From positions 6,704 to 70,703 of the forward strand of contig JAQCBR010000003.1 in the NCBI GenBank assembly GCA_027621295.1: a stretch of DNA of 64,000 nt, read 5' to 3'. Both the position numbers and the translations under genes were made by a program. The DNA comes from Planctomycetota bacterium. Lineage in GTDB: Bacteria; Planctomycetota; UBA1135; UBA2386. The notes beneath the pieces were generated by a model. That model was given only the letters and a program-made list of their open reading frames with translations, was not told where the DNA came from and made no database searches. Below, one piece after another: positions 8,725 through 18,258 of this stretch (position 1 is its first letter; every line of letters starts with the position of its first letter).

Positions 8725-10176
8725 ATGTCCGAACTCGCCCGCGCACTGACCGCCGAGCTGGGCCCGCAGCGCGCGCTCACGACGCCGGAGGCACTGCTGG
8801 CCTACGAGTGCGACGGGTTCACGATCCACCGCAGGCGCCCGACGGCCGTCGCCCTTCCGGAGACCACGGAGGAGGTCCAGTGGCTGGTCCGGCTGTGCAA
8901 CCGGCTCGGCGTGCCGTTCGTCGCGCGCGGCGCCGGAACTTGCCTGTCGGGGGGCCCGACCCCGACCGGCGACGCGCTGTGCATCGAGACGGCGCGGATG
9001 AAGAAGGTCCTCCACGTCGAGCCAGAAGACCTCTACGCGGTGGTCCAACCGGGCGTCGTCAACATCCGGCTCTCGGAGCATGTCGCGGTCCACGGACTCC
9101 ACTACGCGCCGGACCCGAGCAGCCAGTCCGTGTGCACGATCGGTGGGAACCTCGCTGAGAACTCGGGCGGGCCGCACTGCTTCAAGTACGGGATGACGAC
9201 CGACCACGTGCTCGGCGCCGTGGTGGTCCTGTCGGACGGCGGGATCGCACACCTCGGACACGCGGCGGGGCCGCGCGAGCCGCACGGGCTCGACCTCATC
9301 GGCCTGTTCACGGGCAGCGAGGGGACGTTCGGGATCGCGACCGAGATCACGGTCCGTCTGTCCCGGAACCCTGGCTCCGTCCGGACGCTGCTCGCGAGCT
9401 TCACTTCGGTCGACGCTGCCTGCGCGGCTGTCGGCGACATCGTCGCATCAGGCCTCACGCCGGCCGCGATGGAGATCCTCGACCAGGCGACGATCCGTGC
9501 GGTCGAGGCGTCGGTCTACCGGGCCGGCTACCCCCAGGACGCGGGCGCGGTCCTGCTCGTCGAGCTCGACGGGCTCGACGAGGCCCTCGACGAGGAGGCC
9601 CCCGAGGTCGAGGCCATGTTCAGGCGCCACGGAGCGCTCCGCGTCGAGCAGGCCAAGGACGCGGCGGAGCGCAAGCGGCTGTGGAAGGGTCGCAAGGGCG
9701 CGTTCGGCGCGATGGGCCGCCTCAAGCCCGACCTCTACGTGCTCGACGGCGTCGTGCCGCGGACCAGGCTCGTCGAGACGCTGCGCGAGATCACCGCGAT
9801 CGGCGAGCGCTACGGGATCACGATGAGCAACGTCTTCCACGCGGGGGACGGCAACCTCCACCCGAACATCAGCTTCGACGGCAGGGACGCCGAGGAGCGC
9901 CATCGGGTCGAGGAAGCAGGCCGCGAGATCCTCGAGCTCTGCGTCCGCATGGGCGGAAGCATCACCGGCGAGCACGGGATCGGCACCGAGAAGCTGGACC
10001 ACGTGCCGCTGATGTTCTCCGAGGACGATCTGGACGTGATGGCGCGGGCCCGCCGCGCGTTCGACCCGACCGGGCTCGCGAACCCCGGCAAGGTGCTGCC
10101 CGCGCGCAGCTCGTGCGCGGAGACCTCGAAGTGGCCCCACATGGTCGCCCGCGTGCTGGCGGAGAGCGATTCGTGA
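8725..10176 (+). CDS. glcD: Glycolate oxidase subunit GlcD-like FAD-linked oxidase
   Basis: ARGAGTCLSGG, YAPDPSSQSVCTIGGNLAENSGGPHCFKYG, GSEGTFG, FHAGDGNLHP and GEHGIG. Confidence 0.92.
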   Translation: MSELARALTAELGPQRALTTPEALLAYECDGFTIHRRRPTAVALPETTEEVQWLVRLCNRLGVPFVARGAGTCLSGGPTPTGDALCIETARMKKVLHVEPEDLYAVVQPGVVNIRLSEHVAVHGLHYAPDPSSQSVCTIGGNLAENSGGPHCFKYGMTTDHVLGAVVVLSDGGIAHLGHAAGPREPHGLDLIGLFTGSEGTFGIATEITVRLSRNPGSVRTLLASFTSVDAACAAVGDIVASGLTPAAMEILDQATIRAVEASVYRAGYPQDAGAVLLVELDGLDEALDEEAPEVEAMFRRHGALRVEQAKDAAERKRLWKGRKGAFGAMGRLKPDLYVLDGVVPRTRLVETLREITAIGERYGITMSNVFHAGDGNLHPNISFDGRDAEERHRVEEAGREILELCVRMGGSITGEHGIGTEKLDHVPLMFSEDDLDVMARARRAFDPTGLANPGKVLPARSSCAETSKWPHMVARVLAESDS

Positions 10177-11270
10177 CGAACCCCACCGCCTTCGATTTCC
10201 CGGTCACCGAGGTCACCTCGGTCGCCAGCGCAGCCGAGCTCGTCGAACTGCTCCAGGGCCGCGACCCCGATGCCCCTCCCGTCCGCATCTGCGGCACCGG
10301 CTCGCGCCAGCGGGAGGTCCCCGCGCCGGATCGTCCGGTCCAGGCCGTGTCGCTACGCGGGCTCGACCGGATCACGCGCCTCGACCCCGAGGACCTGACC
10401 TGCTCCGTCGAACCCGGACTGCTGCGCGCCGATCTCGACAGCGCACTCGCCGAGAAGGGGCTGCGGCTCGTCTGCCCGCGGAGCCGCGGCACGGTGGGCG
10501 GCATGTTCGCACTCGGGCGCGAGGGGCTCCCCCTCGCGCCCGGGCCGCTCGCGACGCTCGGCGCCCGCGCGCTCCTCTTGGGCATGTCGGCGGTGCTCGG
10601 TGAGGGAGTCGCGTTCCGTGCGGGCGCTCGCGTCGTGAAGAGCGTGGCCGGCTTCGACCTGCACAAGCTCTTCGTCGGCAGCCGCGGCCGCATCTGCGCG
10701 GCGACGGAGCTGCACCTCAAGCTGCGTCCGATGCCACGGGCCGCCGAGACCTTCGAGAAGGTCGACCTGGAACGCGAAGAAGCGCTGTCGCTGTTCCGCG
10801 CGCTCCGCCTGGACGATGCGCCGCCGGTCGAAGTCGAACTCGCCTGCCAGGACCCCAGCGGCCCGTTCCGGGTTCGCGGCCGGTTCGAGGGCGCTGCAGC
10901 GGTCGTCCGTTCGCGGATGCAGCTGTACCGACTCGACGCGACCTCGCCCCGCGAGCCGGCGAACCCGGCCGAGGATCCACGTGAGCGGCTGTTCGGCCTC
11001 GTCCCACCGAGCAGCCTCGGCGCGCTGCTGGCGACGCTCCCAGCACGCACAGCCGTGTGGTGTGACGGCACGGGTGGATTCGCGCTCCGCCCCGCTGACG
11101 AGGCGGATGCGAACGCCATCCTCGCAACCCTGCCCGGAGTCGGGGTCAGCGCCGAACTCGACCTCACGATTCCCGCGCGGCGCGGCCTCGGCACTCCGCG
11201 TGATCCCGGGGCCATCCTGGTCGAGCAGCGTCTCTTCGCCGAACTCGATCCGGGGAAGGTGTTCGCATGA
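10173..11270 (+). CDS. glcE: Glycolate oxidase FAD-binding subunit GlcE-like
   Basis: GTG 10173 overlaps the glcD stop. Carries GARVVKSVAGFDLHKLFVGSRG and C-terminal LDP..VF, and sits between glcD and glcF. Confidence 0.8.
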   Translation: MTNPTAFDFPVTEVTSVASAAELVELLQGRDPDAPPVRICGTGSRQREVPAPDRPVQAVSLRGLDRITRLDPEDLTCSVEPGLLRADLDSALAEKGLRLVCPRSRGTVGGMFALGREGLPLAPGPLATLGARALLLGMSAVLGEGVAFRAGARVVKSVAGFDLHKLFVGSRGRICAATELHLKLRPMPRAAETFEKVDLEREEALSLFRALRLDDAPPVEVELACQDPSGPFRVRGRFEGAAAVVRSRMQLYRLDATSPREPANPAEDPRERLFGLVPPSSLGALLATLPARTAVWCDGTGGFALRPADEADANAILATLPGVGVSAELDLTIPARRGLGTPRDPGAILVEQRLFAELDPGKVFA

Positions 11271-12502
11271 AGGAGACCCTCGACTTCTACACGCGCTCGC
11301 TCGACTGCGTGCACTGCGGCCTGTGCCTCGAAGCCTGCCCGACCTACGGCGTGCTCGGGCTCGAGACGGACTCACCGCGCGGACGCATCTACCTGATGCG
11401 CGCACTCGCCGAAGGTCGCGTCGAGGACCCGGAGGCGATCCGCCCGCACCTCGACCAGTGCCTCGACTGCCGCGCCTGCGAGACCGCATGCCCTTCGGGC
11501 GTGCGCTACGGGCGCATCCTCGAGACAGTGAAGAGTGACCTCGAGGAGAAGCGACCCAAGCGCGGAGCGAAGGCCGCGCTGACCCGGTTCCTCCTCGCGA
11601 AGGTTGTCGCACACCAGGGGCGGCTGCGCGCGTTCTTCCGCTTCGCGCGTTTCGCCGAGCGGATCGGACTGCGCAGCCTGGCGCGTGCCGTCGGCCTGCT
11701 GCCGAAGTCGATGGACGCACTCGTCCCGCACGTGCCGTCCGCGGCGGACCGCCGTCCGATCCGCGGTACCTTCCGGCCCGACGGCCCGTCCCGCGGGCGC
11801 GTCGCGCTGTTCACCGGCTGCGTGATGGAGCAGGTGTTCGGGAAGATCAACGCACAGACGCGCGACCTCCTGGTCCAGAACGGCTTCGAGGTCGTCGCAC
11901 CCGATGCGCAGGGCTGTTGCGGCGCGCTCCTGATCCACAACGGTCAAGAACGCGAGGCTCGCAACCTCGCCCAGCGCAACGTCGCCGCGTTCGCAGGCTT
12001 CGACCACGTGATCACCAACAGCGCCGGCTGCGGCGCTGCGCTGCGCGAGTACGGCGACCTGCTCGGCACCGCTGAGGCCGAAGACCTCGGGCAGCGCTGC
12101 GTGGACGTCACGGCGTTCCTCGCCGAGAAGGGACTGACCGCGACGCCCGCGCGCCGCGAGGTGACCGTCGCCTACGACGCACCGTGCCACCTCTGCCACG
12201 CCCAGGGTGTCCGCACGGCCCCGACCGACCTGCTCGCGCAGGTGCCCGGGCTTCGGCTCGCGCCGAACCCCCGCGCCGAGGACTGCTGCGGCTCGGCAGG
12301 CATCTACAACCTGCTGCAGCCGGGCATCGCGGGAGAGATCGGACGTCGTAAGGCAGAAGACCTCGCGGCGACCGGCGCCGAACTCGTCGCAACCGGGAAT
12401 CCGGGATGCATGATGCAGATCGGCGCCCATCTGCGGGCGTGCGGCTCCACGCAGCGCGTCGTGCATCCGGTCGAGCTGCTGTTGCCGAACGATTCGAAGT
12501 GA
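11267..12502 (+). CDS. glcF: Glycolate oxidase iron-sulfur subunit GlcF-like
   Basis: CVHCGLCLEACPTY, SPRGRI, CLDCRACETACPSGV and two CCG domains. Confidence 0.92.
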   Translation: MKETLDFYTRSLDCVHCGLCLEACPTYGVLGLETDSPRGRIYLMRALAEGRVEDPEAIRPHLDQCLDCRACETACPSGVRYGRILETVKSDLEEKRPKRGAKAALTRFLLAKVVAHQGRLRAFFRFARFAERIGLRSLARAVGLLPKSMDALVPHVPSAADRRPIRGTFRPDGPSRGRVALFTGCVMEQVFGKINAQTRDLLVQNGFEVVAPDAQGCCGALLIHNGQEREARNLAQRNVAAFAGFDHVITNSAGCGAALREYGDLLGTAEAEDLGQRCVDVTAFLAEKGLTATPARREVTVAYDAPCHLCHAQGVRTAPTDLLAQVPGLRLAPNPRAEDCCGSAGIYNLLQPGIAGEIGRRKAEDLAATGAELVATGNPGCMMQIGAHLRACGSTQRVVHPVELLLPNDSK

Positions 12503-13356
12503 TCCGCGCGCCGTCTCGCAGCACCTGGAGCCTCGCGCTCGTCGGTCTCGCCATCGCGGGCATCGGCGTGTCGCTGGACTTCGCCGGGGCCAGTCCCGTC
12601 GGGACGAGCTCGGCTGCGATGCTCACCGGAGTGCCTTCCGCCCCGGCGAACCCGGGTCGCCCCGGAACCACCTCCGAGGAGATCGACCGAGCCCGCCGCG
12701 AGGGCATCGCGAGTCTCGATCTCCTCATCGCCGGTCTCGTAACGAGGGCGAGCGACGCGAGCCCCGAGGACCTGCACGCGCTCGCCGAGGCGCACCTCGA
12801 ACGCTCACTGCTCCGCGACATCCGGAAGGGAATGGCCGTCGGCCGCCCGACGCATGCCGAGCTCCCCGAAGAACTGGCTGACGACGTCGACGCGGGAGTT
12901 CGCGCGGCCGAGCAGGCGATCGCCGCCGGCGACGACTCGGCGGAGATCCACCGCATCCTCTCGGCGCTGCTGTCGCGCCGCGTCACCGGAATCGCTGCTG
13001 CGCTGAAGCTGCGCGGCCGGATCGAGGCCGAGCTCCAGCTGGCCGAGGAACGGGACCCGGCGCATCCGAAGGTCCTGATCGCGCGCGGGTGCGGGCAGCT
13101 CTTCGCGCCGAACCGGCTGTTCGGCCACGACCCGGCTGCCGCAGAGGCGAAGTTCCTCCGCGCGGCCGAAGGCCTGCCGACGGACGAACGCCCTTGGATG
13201 TTCGCATCGATGTGCGCGTGGCTCCTCGGCGACGCCGAGCGCGCCCTCTCCCACATCGACGCCGCGGTCGCCCGGAACCCCGCGCACCCCTACATCGTCG
13301 AGGTCGCGCGACGGCTGAGAGAAGGCACGGACGATCCGTTCGGCCCCGACGCCTGA
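12499..13356 (+). CDS. Exported TPR-like protein
   Basis: GTG 12499 overlaps the glcF stop. N-terminal hydrophobic segment and TPR-like helices (AEERDPAHP, AVARNPAHP). Confidence 0.6.
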   Translation: MIRAPSRSTWSLALVGLAIAGIGVSLDFAGASPVGTSSAAMLTGVPSAPANPGRPGTTSEEIDRARREGIASLDLLIAGLVTRASDASPEDLHALAEAHLERSLLRDIRKGMAVGRPTHAELPEELADDVDAGVRAAEQAIAAGDDSAEIHRILSALLSRRVTGIAAALKLRGRIEAELQLAEERDPAHPKVLIARGCGQLFAPNRLFGHDPAAAEAKFLRAAEGLPTDERPWMFASMCAWLLGDAERALSHIDAAVARNPAHPYIVEVARRLREGTDDPFGPDA

Positions 13357-13413
13357 AACAACGCCCGGCACCGGGTGGTTCCGGCTCCGCTGCGGACGCC
13401 CGCAGACCACGCA

Positions 13414-13821
13414 ATGAGCCAGGAACTCCACGTCACGCTCGGCGCCGGCCGCCGCGTCACCGCCCACGTCGGGGGCTTCGAGATCCACACCGACCAGAGC
13501 GCCGCACACGGCGGGCAGGGCACGGCGCCCGAGCCGTTCGACCTCTTCCTCGCTTCGATCGGCGCCTGTGCGGGTGCCTACATCAGCGGCTTCTGCGCGC
13601 CGCGAGACATCCCGGTCGACGGCATCCGTCTCGTGCAGTCCTGGGAGCGAAACGAGGACCAGAAGGTCACGCGCGTCTCGCTCCGGATCGAGCTGCCCGA
13701 GTCCTTCCCCGACAAGTATCGCGGCGCGATCCTGCGCGTCGTCGACAAGTGTTCGGTCAAGAAGGCGCTGGCCGAGCCTCCGCAGATCGACACCGAGATC
13801 GTGACCTCGGCCACACGCTGA
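13414..13821 (+). CDS. OsmC family protein
   Basis: TDQ...GG.GTAPEPFDLFLASIGAC and a C-terminal CSVKKAL Cys pair. Confidence 0.88.
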   Translation: MSQELHVTLGAGRRVTAHVGGFEIHTDQSAAHGGQGTAPEPFDLFLASIGACAGAYISGFCAPRDIPVDGIRLVQSWERNEDQKVTRVSLRIELPESFPDKYRGAILRVVDKCSVKKALAEPPQIDTEIVTSATR

Positions 13822-13839
13822 GGCGACGGCGTCCGACTG

Positions 13840-14907
13840 TCAGCGGAACGCGACGATGTGTCGCATCCCGTTGCTGACCGCGAGCACACCGTTGCTCGCA
13901 CCCGGGTCCAGCACGATCCACTGGGAGTAGAACGACGCGCCGACGTAGGAACTCTGCCCCGGCAGCGGGAACGGCAGACGCGCGATCCCCGTACCCGGCC
14001 CTCCACCGACCGTCGGAACCGTGGCGGTCGCGACGAGATCGACGAGGAGCGAGCAGCCCACGCCGCCGAACGGTGCGAGGTCGAACGGCAGCGGCGTCCC
14101 GTTCCACCGCGTGTCGCTCGCGCCGATCAGGAACACACCGGTGCGCTGGACGGCGGCACCCGTCAGCAGCATCTGGTAGCCGCTGTTGCCAGGGATCGGC
14201 AGGCCGCCGTCGACGGTGTGGGCCGGAACGCGACCGCCTTCGCCGATGCAGCCGCTGCCGAACGGCCATGCGAGCGCCTCGTCGAACAGGAAGCGGATCG
14301 CCAGCCCGGTGTTGGCCGACGTCGTGGCCGCAGTGCGCGCGATCGGGTTGTTGATCGTGAACAGCCGCGTCGTCCGCCCGAGCGTGAACGGCGCGTATTC
14401 GAGGTCGTACAGGTAAGGCTGGTTGCCGTTGCCGTTGTCGAACACCTTGATGTCGACGACGACGCCCGACGACCCGTCCCAGACGAACTCGTCGCGGAAC
14501 TGCAGCCGGATCGGGAACGGATTGCTCGCCGGCGCCTGGAGCGTGATCAGCTGACGCGGCAGCACCGTCGTGCGGCCGCTGACGAAGTTGTTGTCGAACG
14601 TGCCGGAGTAGGTCGACGGCCGGGCGTTCGCCATCGTCACCTCGACGTCCACGACTCGGCCGCCGACGCCGGTCCGACCTGGACCCGCGAAGAACCACAT
14701 CCCGGTCACCCGGATCGGCTTCGCGGATTGGAGCTGCCACTCGAGCGCGGAGAACCACTGCTGGTAGCGCATCGACGGCCCGGCGAACGGGTAGCTGTTG
14801 TTCTGCGGATTGTTCCGCAGCGACGGCAGGTCGATCGTTCCCTGCGCGCTCAGCCCGCCCGCGAGCGCGAGCAGGAACAGCAGCGCTCCGCGCACCGACG
14901 CGCTCAT
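13840..14907 (-). CDS. Secreted protein with conserved two-Cys C-terminal domain
   Basis: Signal peptide ...AGGLSA|Q, beta-rich N-domain (MRYQQWF), C-domain FGSGC...LPFDL...GC...Q..VLDP...SNG. Confidence 0.75.
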   Translation of the reverse strand: MSASVRGALLFLLALAGGLSAQGTIDLPSLRNNPQNNSYPFAGPSMRYQQWFSALEWQLQSAKPIRVTGMWFFAGPGRTGVGGRVVDVEVTMANARPSTYSGTFDNNFVSGRTTVLPRQLITLQAPASNPFPIRLQFRDEFVWDGSSGVVVDIKVFDNGNGNQPYLYDLEYAPFTLGRTTRLFTINNPIARTAATTSANTGLAIRFLFDEALAWPFGSGCIGEGGRVPAHTVDGGLPIPGNSGYQMLLTGAAVQRTGVFLIGASDTRWNGTPLPFDLAPFGGVGCSLLVDLVATATVPTVGGGPGTGIARLPFPLPGQSSYVGASFYSQWIVLDPGASNGVLAVSNGMRHIVAFR

Positions 14908-16433
14908 CGGTAGAAGAACTCGCTCGAGTTGTCGACGCCCGCGGGGGTGTCTCCACCCAGGATGTGCAGCTGGCCGGCGGTCGTCTCGTAGTAACCCGCC
15001 GCGGCGCGCGGACGTGTCAGCGCCGGCCCGGTCGTGAACCTGCCGGTCGCGACGTCGTAGACCTCGACGGTCTGCAGCGGGGTGATCGCGAACAGCGTCC
15101 CGTCACCCCCGCCGATCTGCATGAACCGCCCGTTGCCGAGCGGATAGGCGATGTGCAGCGTGCGCGCCTGGGCCATCGAGCCGGTGGCCGTGAACGAGTT
15201 GGACGCCTCGTCGTAGATCTCTGCGGCGCTCGTCGGCGTGCCCCACTGCGTCAGCGAGATGGTCCCGACTCCGCCAGCGAGGAGCCAGCGGCCCGGGCTG
15301 ACCTCGATGGCCGTGCCCTGGGCGCGCGCCTGGCGAAGGCTCGGGCCCGAGGCCATCTGGTTCGTAGCCGGGTTGTAGATGTCCGTCGTCGACTCGACCG
15401 TGGGCAGTCGAATGATGAACGTGTACCAGCTGACGCCGCCGGCCAGGACCAGCCGGCCGTCCGCGCGGGAGAAGGACGAGTGGCCCGCCCTCGGCTTGGA
15501 CATCTGCGGGCCCGACGACCACGAGTTCGTCGCCGGATCGTAGATCTCCACCGAGCGCGTGATCGAGAACACGGGGTCGATCGGCGTGTTCGGCGAGTTC
15601 AGGTCGGTGATGCCGCCCGACACCAGCACTCGACCGTCCGGCAGACGCGTCGCCGCGTGTCCCATCCGCCCGGTCACCATGCTCGCCACCGGGGTGAAGG
15701 TCATCGCCACCGGATCCCAGATCTCGGCGGTCGCCTGTGGGTCGTTGGTCCGGTTGACGCCGCCCGCTAGCAGCCAGCGGCCGTCGAGGAGTTCGGTGGC
15801 CGTGTGCAGCGACCGCTCGATCGTCAGATCGGGACCCGGCTGGAACGCGTCGGTCAGCGGGTCGTACCACTCGGTGTCCTTCCGCGCCGCCTGCGCGAAG
15901 ATCGCGCCGGCCCCGCCCCCCGCGAGCAGGAAGCGTCCGTCCGCAGACGGCAGGATCGGGAAGAACGAACGCGCGTTCAGGAAGCCGACGAGCCGGTCGT
16001 AGAAGATCCCGCCGGGACCGAACCACACTGCGCGCGGCGCCGACACCTCGTCGACGAGGCGGGTCTGCGCCGGCAGCGACAGCCCCTGGAAGACCAGCCG
16101 CTGGTCGATCAACGACGGGTTGTTCGGGATCGGCAGGCTCGGCGGCGTGAACGTGCCGTTCGCGAAGAACGGTCCGATCTGCGCGATGTCGAGAAGCTCG
16201 AGGCCGACGCGGAGCGTGCGCGGGTCGGTCGGGTCGAGGAGCGCGAGCGGCGTCGGCCCCGTCGTCACCGAGATCATGATCGCTGCCCACTGCTGGAACG
16301 GCAGGCCGCCGCTCAGGGACATGTCGATCTGGCCCGGGAGCGTGCCCCCGCGCACCTCGAGGTCGAGGCCCTGGGCGGGAGAAGCGGTGGACAGAGCGAG
16401 GCAGAGGAGAGCGGCGGGCGCGATCCGGATCAT
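14904..16433 (-). CDS. Secreted kelch/galactose-oxidase-type beta-propeller protein
   Basis: Start ATG 16433, signal peptide ...STASPA|Q. About 7 kelch repeats (R..HTATEL.DGR.L.AGG...AEI.DP). ATGA overlap with the downstream gene. Confidence 0.88.
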   Translation of the reverse strand: MIRIAPAALLCLALSTASPAQGLDLEVRGGTLPGQIDMSLSGGLPFQQWAAIMISVTTGPTPLALLDPTDPRTLRVGLELLDIAQIGPFFANGTFTPPSLPIPNNPSLIDQRLVFQGLSLPAQTRLVDEVSAPRAVWFGPGGIFYDRLVGFLNARSFFPILPSADGRFLLAGGGAGAIFAQAARKDTEWYDPLTDAFQPGPDLTIERSLHTATELLDGRWLLAGGVNRTNDPQATAEIWDPVAMTFTPVASMVTGRMGHAATRLPDGRVLVSGGITDLNSPNTPIDPVFSITRSVEIYDPATNSWSSGPQMSKPRAGHSSFSRADGRLVLAGGVSWYTFIIRLPTVESTTDIYNPATNQMASGPSLRQARAQGTAIEVSPGRWLLAGGVGTISLTQWGTPTSAAEIYDEASNSFTATGSMAQARTLHIAYPLGNGRFMQIGGGDGTLFAITPLQTVEVYDVATGRFTTGPALTRPRAAAGYYETTAGQLHILGGDTPAGVDNSSEFFYR

Positions 16434-16587
16434 GGCGCGATTCGTCGACAGGGACGGCGATGCGCGCCGAACGGACGAATCCAGATCGGCGCACGGAGAG
16501 CCGTGACATGCTAGCGAATCGGCCCGCACCTGGGTGACCGGAGGGTCACCCGGGCGCTGCGGGCCGCAGCCCCGTCCCGGACAGGGT

Positions 16588-16631
16588 CGGCCCAGAAGGG
16601 GGCGGCCCAGAAGGGGGCGGCCCAGAAGGGG
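16588..16631. repeat. Intergenic tandem repeat, 3 x 15 bp (CGGCCCAGAAGGGGG)
   Basis: Two exact copies at 16588 and 16603, third copy 14/15 at 16618. Confidence 0.92.
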
Positions 16632-16690
16632 TCGGGATCAGGTCGACGGGGCGCCAGCCGGCAGATCACCGCGCGGCGCCGCGCACCCGA

Positions 16691-17017
16691 TCAGACCGGG
16701 CCGGCAGCGGTCCGGCCGAGGCGGCACGCCCGGCGGAGCCACATCATCGCGCGCTCGACCTCGCGCGGTCCCGTCACCGGGATCTCGACGAACTCCCGCG
16801 AGTGCGGGTCGCCGTCGTCCGGCTGGCGCTTCGCGCCCTGGATCTTGAGGGCCTCGATCACCTGCGGCGGGGCGAGGCGGACAACGACACCCTTCTTGCC
16901 GAGGTAGGCGAACACCTGCCCCCGGACGAAGAAGCTGTCCTTGCCGTTTTCGGTCTTCCGGGTGACGTCTTTCCAGGCGCAGAGGCGCTCGACGATGGTT
17001 GCGAGTGGGCCGGACAT
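16691..17017 (-). CDS. Small TfoX-N/MmcQ-YjbR-like protein
   Basis: Start ATG 17017. SFFVRGQVFAYL...VVVRL...EFVEIP...WLRRA pattern. Confidence 0.6.
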   Translation of the reverse strand: MSGPLATIVERLCAWKDVTRKTENGKDSFFVRGQVFAYLGKKGVVVRLAPPQVIEALKIQGAKRQPDDGDPHSREFVEIPVTGPREVERAMMWLRRACRLGRTAAGPV

Positions 17018-17127
17018 TGGGGCGCAGACTATAGCACGACCGCCCGCCTGCCCGAAAGCCCCGGCCCTCGGGCCCGCTGCGGTCGGGCGCAAACGGACGG
17101 GTTGGATGGCCCCGCCGCGCCCGTGCT

Positions 17128-18063
17128 TCAGCCCCGGAACAGCCAGTTCCGGGCGACCAGGAAGACCATCGACGGATACTCGTCGAGGCGACGACGCAGG
17201 TAGGCGATCGCCATCGGCCAGCCCAGCGCGAACGGCACGTACAGCCGGCAGCGCACGCCGCGCCCGCGCAGCTCACCGAGCAGCCGATCGCGCGGAACCC
17301 CATACAGCATCTGGACTTCGAAGCGGTCTGGTCCGACCCCGGTGGCCGGCACGACCTCGTCCACGAAGCGACGGACGAACGGCTCGTCGTGGGTCGCGAA
17401 CTCCACGTAGTGCCCCCGCTCGAGCAGGGTCCGGGCGAAGCGGAGCATCCGCTCCTTCATCTCCCGCTTGTCGGTGATCGCGACCGATTCCGGTTCGGCG
17501 TAGATCCCGATGACGAGGCGGACCCGGATTCCGGGCGGCAGTCGGTCCAGGTCGGCCTCGGTGCGGTCCAGCCGGGTCTGCAGCACGCAGCCGACGTCGG
17601 TCAGCCCCTCCCGGTGGAGCTGGCCCAGCAGGTCGAACGTGAAGTCCGTCCAGTGCCGGCTCTCCATGTCGAGCGTGCACCGGAGGCCCTTCCGGCGGGC
17701 GTGGGCGGCGATCGTCCGGATCGCGTCGGCAGCGCCGCGGGCATCGCCTCCACGCTCGAGGGGGCGGGTGGTGTAGCTCGACAGCTTCATCGACACCGTA
17801 GGCCGATCGAGGGCGTCCGCCGCCGCGAACCCGGGCTCGCCCACGGTCCGGTCGATGAGCTCGAGGTAGGTGTCCGTGTTTCGTTGGACCGTATCCTCGT
17901 CCTCGATGTCCTCCGCGAGGAGGTCGAGGCTGCTGCCGAGGCCGCGCTCGGACCAGAGCTGCGAAGCGGTCCGGATCGCCTGCTCCACGGAGTCCCCCGC
18001 GACGTAGGGACGCGCGAAGACGCGGACCAGGAACGGGGGAATCAGGCGGATGAGGGGGTTCAC
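17128..18063 (-). CDS. Monofunctional proline dehydrogenase
   Basis: YVAG, LDLLAE, SMKLS, TLDME, RLVIGIY.EP, FATHD, FEVQMLYGV and YVPF...YLRRRLDE. GTG 18063 start. Confidence 0.9.
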   Translation of the reverse strand: MNPLIRLIPPFLVRVFARPYVAGDSVEQAIRTASQLWSERGLGSSLDLLAEDIEDEDTVQRNTDTYLELIDRTVGEPGFAAADALDRPTVSMKLSSYTTRPLERGGDARGAADAIRTIAAHARRKGLRCTLDMESRHWTDFTFDLLGQLHREGLTDVGCVLQTRLDRTEADLDRLPPGIRVRLVIGIYAEPESVAITDKREMKERMLRFARTLLERGHYVEFATHDEPFVRRFVDEVVPATGVGPDRFEVQMLYGVPRDRLLGELRGRGVRCRLYVPFALGWPMAIAYLRRRLDEYPSMVFLVARNWLFRG

Positions 18064-18204
18064 GGTCGGGGCGGGATCATGCCGGGCGGTCGGCTCGTGC
18101 GCCAACACGGACGCGGCGGGACCGTCGAGGCCACGGCGCGTCCTTTCGCTGGTGCAGCTTCGGTGGAGCCGCGGGCGCTGGAGTCCGCCGGGACCGGGTC
18201 CGAC

Positions 18205-18233
18205 TCAAGTCCTGCACGCCGAATCGCCGATGG
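18205..18233 (+). promoter_or_regulatory. Possible sigma-28-type promoter
   Basis: TCAAG (18205-18209), 16 nt, GCCGATGG (18226-18233), 25 nt upstream of ATG 18259. Confidence 0.35.
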
Positions 18234-18258
18234 CACCGGGGTCTCCGCGGATACCCCG

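Noticed and set aside
16588-16631. Repeat as a CRISPR array
   Set aside because: The units are 15 bp and directly adjacent with no spacers, and there are no cas genes.
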